Shown: in pieces, positions 15,327 through 34,508 of the stretch
Position numbering within the stretch: position 1 is the first letter of the stretch
How the letters are laid out: each line of letters starts with the position of its first letter
From: the human T2T-CHM13v2.0 reference genome, Homo sapiens
Length of the DNA stretch: 64,000 bases
Reading direction: 5' to 3' (one strand)
NCBI RefSeq assembly: GCF_009914755.1
Contig: NC_060929.1
Made by a program: the position numbers and the translations under genes
The notes under the pieces: generated by a model
The model's input: the letters and a program-made list of their open reading frames with translations, nothing else
The model's database searches: none
What the model was told of the DNA's origin: nothing

Positions 15327-16829
15327 GGGACTTGGTACAGGGATTTGACCTTATCAACTTTGGGAGCTGGTTAAGCAGTCTCTGTAAGGCTGTAGACTTT
15401 GCACCTGATGCTGAAACTCTTCAGTCCATACAGTAGACAGTTGGGAAAGAAGATGGGTGTAAAGTGAGGAAGACCAAGGACAGTCTCAAATTCATAAGCA
15501 CAATTGGAGCCCATGAGAACACACTGACCAATATGTCATTTCTTTTTGCTTCTCGCCTTAAGGAAATACAAGCCCTGCAGAAGCAAGGGCCTTTCATCAA
15601 GGTGTTAAACACACACACCTGGCCCAGGAGTCGGAGACACTGACTTCAGGGGAGGGTAGAACAGGTGCAGGCCTGGTCACTGACTCATGCCAGGAGGTGA
15701 TCCAACAGACAAACAACGAGCTGTCTAGGCCATAAAATGGCTGCTTCTTCACTTTTACCCTCTGAATCTCGCACAAAAATGTCCCGCCCACTCTAACTGG
15801 CAACACACAGGACAGTAAATTCTGGGAAGTGTAATGTAGACTAGCCAAGTTGACACATTAAAAAGTCACCAAAGCTTGCCAGTTTCTTGTGAAATAAATG
15901 GAGTCTATTGTTATCGTGGTGTTTCTTTTTCTTAATCAAATAGGACAGTCTTTGGAAAGAACATTTACATATTTACATGCATCCTTACCAAAGCCTTTTA
16001 GTGGCATCTGTTTTGCAAAATATTTGCATCTGCTCAGTCATCTTACTATTTTAATTAGATATTATAAGTAAGAGAGTACTTACCGCCTCTGAACTGTATC
16101 CTGAACTTTCTCAAATATGCAGATAGTGAGAGATGTCCATTCTGAAAACAGTTGCTTTACAGACATATGCCACTTGTTATGATAGCAGAACACTTTTGCC
16201 AAAGTACCATATCCTAGTCTCAATTTTGCCAAATTTATCAAGAATAAATATTATCTCTACCCTAGAAGACCAATAATGAAGGTTACACATGATCAAGGTA
16301 ATGTGAACAAGAATTGTCTAATATCTGAAAAATCTATTTTGACAAACATGTTTTCCTGTGTTATAGTTGAATGAAAGATTCAGCAGTGAATAAATCATAG
16401 ACATCAGAACTATATACACAGGCCAAAGTTAAGAAATAAGCATATATGTTAGATGAGATTGGTGAAGTCAATAATTAACCTGTATCCACTTAGGTCAATT
16501 TACCTCTTTGTGTCTCTATTTTCTTATTTACAAAGTGAGATAAATAAAGCAAATTCTAAGATTAACTTCCAACTTGATTCTATATATATTTGTAAATGTA
16601 TTCATGTATTTAATTCCAGTATTATTTAATACTTTAGGAGTATGGAATAAAACAATTTAAAACATAAAAATACTTATACATAAAATATTTATACATTTGC
16701 ACAAGTATATTGCAAATATATCATTATAACAGAGGCATTAACTACTTTATAATTATTTGCATTAACCAAAAAATATAAATCCAACCAGAAAAATTTTGCA
16801 TCAAATGTATCACAGAATATTTTTCTGTT

Positions 16830-17113
16830 TTTGTTATTGTTGTTGGTTGTTTTGAGACAGAGTCACATTTTGTTGCCCAGGCTAGAGTGCAGTGGCGTGA
16901 TCTCGGTACAAGTGATTCCCCTGTCTCAGCCTCCCAAGTAGCTGGGATTACAGGCACCCACCACAACACCTGGCTAATTTTTTTGTATTTTTAGTAGAGA
17001 TGAGGTTTCACCATGTTGGCCAGGCTGGCCTCAAACTCCTGACCTCAGGTGATTCACCTGCCTCTGCCTCCCAAAATACTGGGATTACAGATGTGAGCCA
17101 CTGTACCCTGCCC
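16830..17113 (-). mobile_element. AluS with internal deletion
   Basis: Antisense Alu consensus. Confidence 0.85.
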
Positions 17114-18015
17114 TGTGCATATTTTTTAATTTGTACAAGTTAATTTTAAAATCTGAAGGCCAAAATATGCAAGGAACAAACAAGACAATGTATTTGTCTA
17201 AAGGTACCTAAATACAATATCAGCTTTGGGAAACAAGAAAAAGTTAATGACAGATAATTGGTTGGAAGGAAATATTTACAATATTTTGAACCAATAAGGA
17301 ACTAATTTTTAGTATTCCAAAGGAACAATAATTAACAAGTAAAAGGAAAATCAATACAAAAATTGATAAATGATATGAGCAGGCAATCCATAGACGAAAA
17401 TAACTCAAAGGAGTATAAAATATATGAAGAGATGTCAAACTCATTGTTAATCGAGAGAAATACAAGTGAAAACAAAAGGGAGAATTTTTAAAATAAAGCA
17501 AGATGATGCTACTTTATACCTATAAGATTGGGGGGAAAAAAGAAAGTCTGATAATGTCAATCATTGACATAAATAAGGGGCTACAGAGTCTGGGACTACA
17601 GAGTCTCGGACTACAAATGGGAGTGTAGACTGGTGCAGCCCCTCTGGAGAGCAATTTGGTAACAGTTTGTCAAATGGAATAATAAAGTAAAATAGACCCT
17701 GTGACTGAGTAATCCCATTCCTGGGTACATATGTGAGAGTTTTCTTACACAGGCTCAGCCTATGAGAGGACATATGCAAGGATATTAATCTCAGGGTTGT
17801 TTGTAATAATGGAAAGTTAGCTAAACTAGAAAGCTGAATGGAGAACTATACAGTCAAAACAAAAGAATAGGGAGATTTATGAAACCAAGGTAAACATTAA
17901 AAACCAAAACACCACTGTTAAAAATTATAAAGAAATTAGAAACAGCATGGGGCAAAACAACCACAGCTGAAAATCAAATCAGTGGCCTAGAGAGAAAGAC
18001 ATAAGACAATCACTA

Positions 18016-18624
<609 letters not shown>

Positions 18625-18799
18625 CTACACAAGGCTGAGGGAAAGAAAGTTCGACCTCTGGACATGATATTCAGTCAAGTGAATACACAGGTGAAAGGCA
18701 GGTATCCTAAGACCTCACTGAACTGGGAGAACACTGAAGTCTGCAAAATCTATTGGATGACAGAATGGACTCAACCTAGAGATTAAAGTAGAAATCTTG

Positions 18800-19010
18800 G
18801 GTGGCGGCTTGGAGCCCAGGCCCGACAGCGGCCCCCGCGCTGTGCAGGCGTTCGCTTAGACGGGAGCACTGCAGACGCCCCCGGCGGCAGCGACCGGGCG
18901 AGAGCGGGGCGGGAGCCGGGCCCGGCGCCCCCGGAGCCAGCGGCGCGCGGCTGACAAGGCTGGACCCTCGCGCGCCTGGAGACCGTACCAAAGCAGCAGG
19001 GCTTCGAGTT
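18800..19010. promoter_or_regulatory. Small CpG-dense, GC-rich element (orphan CpG micro-island)
   Basis: About 29 CpGs in ~205 bp by hand count; GC box GGGGCGGGAG at 18906-18915; GCGCGC runs. Confidence 0.55.
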
Positions 19011-19947
19011 CTGGAGCTGCACCCTTCATGAGCTGAAGAGGCCAGGCTCCTCCCCCTGCATAAGGTGCAAATCCCCAGTGGCTCCACCCCGCACAAGCGG
19101 GCCCCCCAGTCTGTTGTGGGCATGCCCAGACAGGTTCCCTTAACCGCCTTCTGCATCTATCATTTCCCCCCTCTAAAGAAGTACATCCAACTGCCATTAG
19201 AATAAGGATAAGGACAAAGAACGATCTGAACTGCTTCCTGCCGACAGAGGGCACTGTTTTAGGAAGACGGCAATCATATCTCCCTCGGAGGCCTATCTAA
19301 GTAAGGGTCCTCGGTAAAAGGGGGCTACCATTTAAGGTTCCGATTACATGATCGTTTGGAGTTCAGTGGCCTAAGGTAAGAAGAAACAAACTGGCTTATT
19401 AGAAAACATGTAGCAAAACGAAACAAAAAGGGGTGAGGACAGCTCAAAAATCCCCAGACTTCCAACACGCGCAGATAACTAGTGGCTACAGTTATGCCTG
19501 CTAAGATTTGGGTGCATGGGGCTTGGATTTGGTGAGCTCCCTTGGGCTCATTTTCCCAAAAAGAAACCTCCAGGTTATGAGCACCTATTTACTCCCATCA
19601 CCTGGTAGGATTTGCAGGATAATTACTCAGAATTAAAATATTGATCTAGATTTTTACATTAGCCATCCCTTTTGTTCCTTCTGAGCTGCAGCCGGAGATT
19701 GCTGGTTGGTTCACAGGAACAAGTAGGGTTAGTCTAAAATGTAGGCAAAAACTTAAAAACAACTAATGAGTTTAGAATTTAATGACAAATGTATGATAAA
19801 TTTCAAAACATAATTTCTCTCTCTCCAATCAATTTGTTAAAAATAAATCATGATAAACCTGAGCTGTTTGCAAAATAGACTTTAGTCTTAATACTTGGCT
19901 TGATTACTTGCATAAAGTGCAGCAAGAATAATTGTTTTTACATAGGC

Positions 19948-20199
<252 letters not shown>

Positions 20200-22018
20200 T
20201 GAGGTCCCAAGAACATGGGGTTCCGGGACCTGTTAAAAAGTGACATTCTTTACTCACCATAGATTAGGAACCCTGTACAGGGACTGTGTAGACAAGGTAT
20301 GAGGCAGTTTTCCCAAGGGGCTTTTATCGGCTCTACAAGTCAAGCTTGATTCCTTAAAGGGAAGCATACCCTTCCAGTCAAAGCCTTGGCAAAACAACCA
20401 GTTTCTCCCATTGCATCCTGTTGCAAAAGGAAATGGATTGTTATTGCACTGATGCAAACAACTATACTGCCTTAAGTCAAGAACACTCATGACAAGTTTC
20501 CAAATCCTGAAGAAGCCAGTCAGAGAAAAAAACAAATATGCTCCAAATTTTGTTCACAGGAGTATACCTTACTCAATTATTAAAGCCCATAAATAGCTCA
20601 AAATACATATCCTTGACTCTGAAAAACAAAACAAGGATCAGCAATGTTCCAAGCAAAAGCCAAAAAATATTACTTCAGTTTTCTGTTAGGTCAGTCCATT
20701 CAGTTTATTCTTGCTTTGCTTGACATTCATGAACACTTCAGTTCTTCATGAGTCCTGTACTTTTTTTAATTCCATTGTCACAATCCCCGAAGTTATCAGA
20801 AACCTGCATTTGAGAGCACCTGTCAAGATTCTATAGCTGATTATAAACCATGTTTTGAAGAGGATCAAAACAAGACAACAATTGTCTGCGAATAACAAAA
20901 TGTCCAGGGTAGTTACTCTCAAAACACAATTGACAAAGAAATCTGGTTATCTCTGTGGTTTATAATAATTTAACATAATAACCTTAATTGTGATCAATAG
21001 CATATACTCAGTCATTAGAATTTTAGAAATCTCAGACAATTCTGAAACAAATATTAATATTATTTCCTAAAGTACAATCCAAAGAAGATTAAACATCATA
21101 TTGGCAATCACACATACCTAAACATGTCAAATAATCCTGCTTACCTCTCTTTTGGATGCTCCAGGGGTCCTCTGTACCATCCAAGAGCTAGGGGTCAGGA
21201 AAGACAATCTTGAGGCTGAAATTTGATTTTGGGAAGCCTGTTAATGCTATGAAATAGAATTCTGTATTACCATAAGTTATTTATTTTGCCAAAATGATGA
21301 CTCAAAAAATTTAAAACAAAGCAAAAACCTTTACTCATTAAGAGGGAAAACTTAGCTTTCCAAACAGTTTGTCTCCTGCTTTCTCTTTATTTTCTTTGGA
21401 AGCCTATCCACAAGGCAAACAGAAATCTTTCATTATCCTTTACTATTACACAAAAATCTTGTACATGGGAGAGAGAGCCAAATTTTGCCCTTACATTAGT
21501 TTACTATTGATGTCAACCCCAATTTTCTAATGAAAACTTACAGACAATTCTATCTGATCTTAACCAGTTTGACCATTAGGTAAGATTCTTATAACCTTTC
21601 ATAACCCTTTACAATTTTTGCTAAAGAGCAGATTACTGCCTTAAGGGAAACTTGTTGTGCTTTCATTTCAATGCTGAATTTAGAGAAAAACAATATAATA
21701 CACTATTGAATTTAGTCAATGTTTACACACAGAATTTCTTTTGCAAGATTAATTTTTACAATCCTTCCATAACGTTCTTAAATCTTTAGCTTTATTTTAT
21801 CTAATTTAAAACAATCCTTTTACCATAGGCAAAAATTTAGATTTCCATGCCTTCTTATATTTTACTAAGATTATATGATTAATGATTATTTACTAAGATT
21901 AAGGCCTATGTCCCCAGGCCTTACCATGTTGTAAAGTAGGCAAGTTCTCAAAGGCCAAAGAAACAGTGTACAACTTTAAAACATTTAGCAAATCTACTAT
22001 CTGACCCACAGAATTTAG

Positions 22019-22364
<346 letters not shown>

Positions 22365-22574
22365 AAGACTGTTTTTATTACTCAAAGATTAATGTCACAT
22401 GAACTAAAAGGCATTATAGCTTTTATTTTTCCTTCAAAAATATTTGATCTAAGCACTTATTTTCCTTTAGGCCAATTAATTAGAGCTCTCTTTTTTATAG
22501 ACATCACACACAACACATACATAACCACACAGACAAACAGAAGCAGATTCAGTAGTTATAAGATTTTCTGTTTA

Positions 22575-22957
<383 letters not shown>

Positions 22958-24731
22958 CTAATAAACAGGTATAGCTGGAAGACAAAAGCAGATTTTGAAA
23001 GGAATCCATCTGCCTCTAATTCCTGGAGCTCCATGAGGAAAACAGAGGTCTCTCTAAAAATGGAATTAGTGGCACCTTTTCTGTTTTCACCAGGCCATCA
23101 GAAATTATCTTAGGGCCTCTCATGTGTGCATTAAGGGTGGCAAGAAAAAATGGAGAAAAAGAATTCAGTCAACTGAGAAAACAACCTTTTTCCAGCAAAA
23201 TAAGATCCAAGAGGAGAAAAACATAAAGGCCTTTTAAATATACCTATAACTTGGATATCCACTTTTAATTAAGCTGAGTGCTCTTTAAGAAAATCCTTTT
23301 AAATCCCTTATTACCTGATTTTACCCATGCCAAGCAGCCAATATTTCTGGCTTTTGAATTTTACCAAAGGTAACCTCCCAGGTGCTCAGAGAAAGGAAAA
23401 TTGAAGGTGGTTCATGAAGGGGGAGAGAATCAACAATCAAACCAGAAAGAGAATCAAGAATCAAACCAGAAAGGACCCATTACCTAAGCCAGGATTGAAC
23501 CCAGGCCACCATTGTAAAATGGCAGAGGCTAAAAGAAAGCACTGCCACGTGGTTACAGGTCACGCTTTCAAGGAAGTAAAACAAGATGGAGACCCGCAGC
23601 AAAGTTTGCCACTGACCAGTTTGCTAGGCTGGGTTGAACAGTGGGCCTATGGAGTCCCAGGCCCACATCGCATCCTAAGGTACCCCTCTTTCTGACAGAA
23701 TCATACAGAGAGACATGCAAGGCATACCAGATTGGCTACAGCTTAAGGCCAACTTCACAAATACTTTTTCATAATTAAAACTTTAAAGAGAATATAAACA
23801 GTGATCCTAAACATTCTCTTTACTGGTTTGCACAGGGACAGGGAGGCCAAAAGCCCAACTGGTTTAAAAAAACTCTTATCCTTTTTCCAGCACGTCAGGC
23901 TTCTGGCTTCCCTCCCCTCAAGCTCAATCCCAAGCCAACCAGTTTAAGGCTTGGGAAATTAACTTTTCCCAGTTTGGAGGATACATCTGAGGGGAGTGCC
24001 CTGCAGCATGGGGACACAACCACCCATCTGTGAAGAAAGGACAGAGGAGGAAAAAGGCAGCATTTTTTCAAAAGAGCCCCAGGACTCAGGATGCATTTGA
24101 AAGAGATGCAGACTGAAAATGAATGGCTACGCATCTAGAAAGAGGGGAGAGAGGCATCCCTGATTCCCTTCTCTTCCTAGTGAATACCTGGGGTACATGA
24201 GGTAGAGAAAGTGAGGCATCCCTCTTTCTTTATTTATATCCCTGAGTCCCGGTGACCACAACACCGGGTGGTCACCAGCACACGGGTGCTGCCCATGAGT
24301 GTCAAAGCAGCTTTCACCCATGTTAACAGTGGGGCCTAGGGGATAGGATTATCCTCTCTTACCCATGTATGTCCTATGTCCCCTGCTGTCAGTAGCTTTT
24401 GAGTTCCCTAGATCTCATTTATGCCATGGATACTAGCATGACCTTTATCCATGAAATGAGAAGCTTGGCTTAATCAGCAGCAATTAGTCATGCTCACCTG
24501 CGCTGTGCCTTTTAACTTCCGTCATCGTCTGCCTCTGAATCCCTCAGATACAGTTTTCTTTCCCTGGGCTTCAACTCGAAGCTTGGAATTGAGTTTGGGA
24601 CAAAAGACCTGCCTCAGGGGGTTGCATGGACTCCTTATCATAAGCTGAATGCTAAGGTGAAGCTGTGGAATTGAGTACTCCTCCAACAAGGAAAAGGAAT
24701 TGGGGTCCTGACCTGGTGAAACATCTTCTAA

Positions 24732-25176
<445 letters not shown>

Positions 25177-26084
25177 AAGAGAAACTTTTAATTGCTGTTT
25201 CTTCCCTGGGTCTTGGACCAAGCTGGAGCCCTCGGTTGGGGGAAGGGAAGACTCTGTGGGTACTTAGCGGGAAATGCTGTCCAGATGGCCACACAAGGCC
25301 CGGGCCCCCAAGGCCACCTTGGGCTGGGCGGTGGTGGTGGCTCATCCCTGCCCTGCATGGCCACTGGACATGGCATGCACATGCGGTGGACTCAGCCATG
25401 CACCTCAGCCAGGAGGGAAGGGGAGCAGGGAGCCGCTGTTCACCCATTTGTCCCACATGTGCACCTGCGGCCATTGGGGTGGGAGTGGAACACCCCCAAT
25501 ATTGTAAAAGAAAAGATAGGTGACATTACAGTCCCGAATAAAAAGAAGCAAAATGCCATAGAAAAGGCTGGGTTGGACCGAGACCAACATTCCTGACCCC
25601 CAAGAGCGACAAGGGGTCGGGGGTCGGGGTGGAGAGTTTCCTCTACCCTCAGAAGAAGTCCAACAAGGCTCAGAAATGAAAGGGAGAGAAATTTTTTTGT
25701 CCACATTTTACTCACCATGTCTCATAGTTCCAAACAGGCCACCAAAATGATACAGAATTTTTGCTCCTTAGTTCAGCTAAAATCTGGGTTCTTATCTCAC
25801 AACCAGGAAAAATTAGGCACACAGGCACACTGAAGGGTGAGGAGTAGGCAAAAAGAAAGCTCTCAGCAAAGAAAGAGGTGGTCCTGCCAACAGGCCTCCA
25901 CGTCACAGACTGAATACCAGGCCACCATACACAAGCTGAAGAGGCAGACTCCATCCCCGGCATAAGGTGTGAATCCCTGGTGTCTCCACCCCATTCTCCC
26001 AGTGCATGCATGCGGGCCCCCAGTCTGTTGCAGGCATGCCCAGACAAGGCCCTGTGCACCCTTATATGCCTCCTGCATCTATCA

Positions 26085-27283
26085 GTATTGTACTTTTTAT
26101 AGGACACCAAAGGCACAATCCATGAAATAAATAATAAACTGGACTGGACTTCATTAAAATTAGTTTAGGTTTTTTTGTTTTTTTTTTTTACTCTGTATAA
26201 GACATTGTCGAGAGAATGAGAAGACAAGACACGGACTGGGAGAAAATATTTGCTGAAGATATATGTGATAAAAGACTGTTATTCAAAATATGTAAAGAAT
26301 GCTTAAAACTCAACAGTAAGAAAACATACCCAATTTTCTAAAAAGGGGGGATTAAAGACCTGAACAAACACCTCACCAAAGAAGATGTACACATGGCAAA
26401 TAAGCATATGAAAAGATGTTCCATATTATATGTCATCAAGGAAATGCATATTAAAACAAGATAACACTAAACACCCATTAGAATGTCTATAGTCCAGCAC
26501 ACTGACAACACAAAATGCTGGCAAAGATGTGGAACAAACTCATTTACTGCTGGTTGGAATGCAAAATAGTATAGCCACTTGGAAGACAGTTTGAGAGGTT
26601 CTTCTGTAAGTAAACATACTCTTAGCATGTAATCCAGTAATTGCCCTCCTTGGTATTTACCCAAACGAGTTGAAAATGTATGTCTGCACAAAAACATGCA
26701 CATGGATGCTTTATTCATAATGGCCAAAACTTGAAGACAATCGAGATGTCTGTCCTTCAGTATGTGAAGGGATATATAAAACTATGGTACATCCAGACAA
26801 CAGAATATTACTCAGTGCTAAGAAAAAATGGGCTAGCAAGTTATGAAAAACATGGAGGAAACTTAAATGCCTATAACTAAGTGAAGGAAGCCAATCTGAA
26901 AAGTCTAGCTACATGCTATAGGATTCTAACTGTGACACTTGGAAAGGTAAAGACTATGGAGACAGTAAAAGGATCAGGGGTTGCCATAAGTTAGGGGATT
27001 GAGGGAGAGAGGGAATTAATAGGAGGGGCACATAATTTTTAGGGCAGTGGAAATACTCTGTATGATACTGTAATGAAGGATACATATCATTATACATTTA
27101 TCCAGATCCACGGAATATACAACACCAAGAGTGAACTATTGATTTAGGGTGACGATGTGTCAATACAGATTCACCAATTGTAAGCAAATGTAATACTCCA
27201 TTTATGGGGAGGTTATATATGCGTGGCGACTAGAGAGTATATGTCTGTACCTTCCTCCCAATTTTGCCATGAACCTAAAACTT
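26085..27283 (+). mobile_element. L1MC-type LINE 3' end
   Basis: Diverged ORF2 tail and L1MC-style 3'UTR ending tgaacctaaaact. Confidence 0.7.
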
Positions 27284-27285
27284 TT

Positions 27286-30050
<2,765 letters not shown>

Positions 30051-30821
30051 AATAATGAAGAAGGTTCATAAGAAAGGTAAAGCAATAGACAAATCAGAAT
30101 GTTTTATATTTTCCTATTATATACCACATCTCTGCATATCTCTTCGCAAAGTATCAATTATATTTCCTAAGTAGCCATATAGTTACAGAAACCAGTTTTT
30201 CATTTAAGCATTACTGTATTATTTATAACAGTGGAATTAACCTCTATATTAATTATTCAGGTAAATGAAAGAGATATTAAAGCCCCATTACTTGGAGCAT
30301 TTCCCTGCCATTTTAATTCCTAGAGATGAGGCTTATGTTTTTCTATATTTCTCAAGTACCTCCGGTGATTTTTATCAGTCAAGTTTAAAAACTGGAAGTT
30401 AGTAAACAGACTCAAGTAATCCATGAGATAGTAAGGCATACGATAATTTCCAATACTAACAAATCAGGTTAACAACGGTAAGACAAAAAGTTTGGTAATG
30501 TTGGCCATTTATAGGGCATAGCATTTCCGGGAAGGACATTAAAAAAAATGAAAATATAATTGATACAAGGCATTGTTTTAAGTACTGAGAATATAGCAGT
30601 GAACAAAATAAAGTCCCTGCCCTAATGGAACTTATATTCTAGTGGGGAAGCAGTCAATGGCAAATGAACCAAATATATAAGCTGTGGTAATGCTAGAAGA
30701 AAATGCAAGATAAGGGATTTTTAAAAATGATGGGGCAGGGTACTAATTTCAAGACTTGAAATGACATTTGAGCTGAAAGAAACCTGAATTGAGGAAACGA
30801 GTTTTGTACAAGTCACAAATA

Positions 30822-31143
<322 letters not shown>

Positions 31144-31293
31144 AAGCATTTTTTAATAGAGGGACAATAATGCAAAGGCCAAGAAGTATTTTCTTTGCAT
31201 TGACAGGAGTGGCTGAAGTGAAGCAAAAAGAACAGAAATAGCTAAGAAGTGCCTTAGGCAGAAAGCTGTGAATGCATTTATCAAAGACCCTAG

Positions 31294-31602
<309 letters not shown>

Positions 31603-31860
31603 TAAAACTTTTAATGTCTTAGTGTAAAAGGGTTGAGTTTGGTTTTACATATTTTAATATTACATATCTATTAGCTGTCTAAGTGGAGATGAGTTCAGGG
31701 TAGTGGTTGAAGCTGAAGATAGCACTAGAAACAGGAAGAGAAAAATAGTACAGCTGTTGAGAAAGAGAGAGATCAGAAATTAAGTCTTATGATAGCAATG
31801 ATATAGGATTCCAGAAAGTAAAAAGAAGTGGGTAAGAGGCAACAGCTGATAAAAAAAGAA

Positions 31861-31891
<31 letters not shown>

Positions 31892-33284
31892 CACCAGGAC
31901 TTAATATAGTCAGCCTGCAGAACACTAGAGACAAATCAAAGATTTGAAAAGTAAACAGAAGGAATAAAAAAAAGTAACTAGTGGCAGTTCCATAGCTCAT
32001 TCTAGATTGGAAATCTAATTAATATTAGTCAACAATAATGAAATGATAATACATCACACATTTTTCAGTCACATAAAGTTTGCATATCACCAACGGAAAC
32101 AATATCCTTAGCTCATTTAATAGAATCATTAGGAGTTTTAGACTGTTCATACCTCTTTAGTTTCATATTTAGATCAGGACTCAAATGTGGAGTAGAACAT
32201 CGAATTAAAATGATTTCATTCATTTGGGAGTTGGAACTACAAATTTTGTTTCAAATATAGATGTAATTTTTTTTTTAAGCTAAAGGGCAGAGTGGTTAGT
32301 GGCCTTTTAGTGTAGAAAATCCAGCACATGAAGCCCCATTAGAGAATTTGTATAGGTACTTGGAACAACCTTTTAACATTTTTCATTAATCCTACTTTCC
32401 CCAGTAATCTCATCTTTCATCCTTTTACACCATAGCTAAGATTTCCTATTCCTAGATCTTCCTATGAGAATTCAATGAATTTCTGTAATGGAGTCAACCT
32501 ATTAGGTCCTAATTTTTTAAAGAAAATTAGCATGAAGTGTTCTACAAAATCAATTACTAGTTATTGTCAGAAAATATAATCTCAAACTTTCTTCCAAATA
32601 TCTATAATTGAATCTTAGAAATTTTCACACACATTTTGACACTATCTCAAAATATTTGTCGCATTACTATCTAGTTGTGTCCTCTATAACATCCTCCATT
32701 CACTACAATTATTGTACAATGCTAAAATGTATCTAAGTTTTGTCTGCATTTTCAAATTGAGTATTTAATGTATATTTAATAGAGGCATCTATATTAATGT
32801 GCTTTTACATATTAACTCAGAAATATTTTAAAATATTTTTGCAGTTTCCTATGAAGCTGAAAGTCGTTTTTTAAAATCCTGTATTTAAAAATTAGTTGCT
32901 CTTCCAAATCCCTATCCCTTTTTAAGCTGTTGTATTTATAAAGCTATTTGTATTTATAAAGCTATGACAGCTAATTTGGGGTGCAAAGATTATTTTCTAG
33001 TTAGAAATAGTAATGGGGTAGAGTAAAAATCAGGCCATTTACTCCTAGAGCATATTCTTGATAAACTTCATGAAAATGAATAACCTACTCAACCTTTTCA
33101 TATTAACTACAAAAAGAAATTATAATTTATATTACATAAAATTAAAAAGGTTCTCATTAAGCTACTCACTCTGAAAATAAAATTATTCAAACTCATTTTC
33201 CATAGTCTGAAAATTAATTTCTAACATACTCTAAACAAAGAATATCTTTATAAGCAAACAGGCTATTGCTTTTAGTAAGAATTA

Positions 33285-33290
33285 TTTATT
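33285..33290 (-). terminator. Distal poly(A) signal AATAAA
   Basis: UGUA elements upstream and GU/U-rich sequence (cctgtttgctt, ctttgtttag) downstream on the minus strand. Confidence 0.7.
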
Positions 33291-34502
33291 GTATAAAAGT
33301 GGAAGGTTAATTGGTACAGTACTATACATAATCTCTCACCCTTGAAAAATTAAACATAACTGGATAAAAATAACAAAGCAGAATGAAAACAGAATATTTT
33401 ATGGAGAATGTTCTGCTATATTTATGTACTAATGTTCTTCACCATTGCGTCTTAATTTTTCTGATTTCTTACAAAAATGAACATATTTTATCATTTGATA
33501 AATGTACATACAGTTCTATATTTTTCATTCAACTCAGCTAACTAGCTGACTGAAACTTTCAACTAAATGTAGCACTATTTAAAAAATTAGAGCCTTATCT
33601 CAGAAAATGCAACATTGTTCTGTGAAATTTGCACAATATAATGCAAATATCTTAGCTTTTAGTAATAAATTAAAAAATGCCAGCCACCATCTTATGACTT
33701 AAGCATTATGAATTAGTCAAATGCTATCTTGTGGAATAAAATAGTCATACTAAATGTAGAGAAAAGTGATAAAAGTTTCAAAAATGTGTGCCAGGACTAC
33801 CTTCATTACTTTTATATTTAATTATAAATTAGATGTTTAAAAAACTGAGCTACTCCCTCACATGTTCTCTCATATACCAGAAAAGAAACAAAGCATTATT
33901 ATTCTTCAGGGTAACTGTATCAGAAAGAGAAATTACTGCAAAAAACAAAACAAAAAGCAAAAAAACCCACAAGCTTTTATACACATAAACCTAATTGGAC
34001 AAAGGAAAATATTAAAAAATACACCTATGGACAAATATCTGTAGGTTGCTCCCACAGCTAATTAACAGTGACACACATAGCAATACTATAGAAATTATGT
34101 CCACATACTTATATTCGTCAAAGATTCAAATTTGTTACATCAAAGCATACATGCAAGAATGTGTGCCACATGACTTAAAAACTTCCCGCTGAATATAAAA
34201 CAAAATAAAAATCTGTGAATAAATATAAAGCATCCCATAATAATATCTGTAGGAAGCCAAAAGGGGCCAACAAAAATGTCTATGACCTAAGTTTTACTTC
34301 ATAGGAATATTCATAGTCTCCAAAACAGATTTAGTTGTAATGCTACACATTACAAATATTCAACTGCTTACCAAAATACTTTTTCTGGCAGCAAAATGTT
34401 ACTTAAAAACGGGGGTAGGGGGCGGTGGTGGTGGTGGTAAGTGCTTGAGGGAGTAAGAATGCAGCAGAAAATTACAGGAGCCCACATATCCTTTTTCTTA
34501 AA

Positions 34503-34508
34503 TTTAAT
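34503..34508 (-). terminator. Proximal poly(A) signal ATTAAA
   Basis: ATTAAA with TGTATATA about 20 nt upstream. Confidence 0.6.

Noticed and set aside
18872-18892. CTCF-like motif inside the CpG element
   Set aside because: Several core mismatches on both strands; GC-rich DNA gives such matches easily
18776-19254. Overlapping Pro/Arg/Gly-rich ORFs
   Set aside because: Expected from stop-codon scarcity in GC-rich DNA; no recognisable domain
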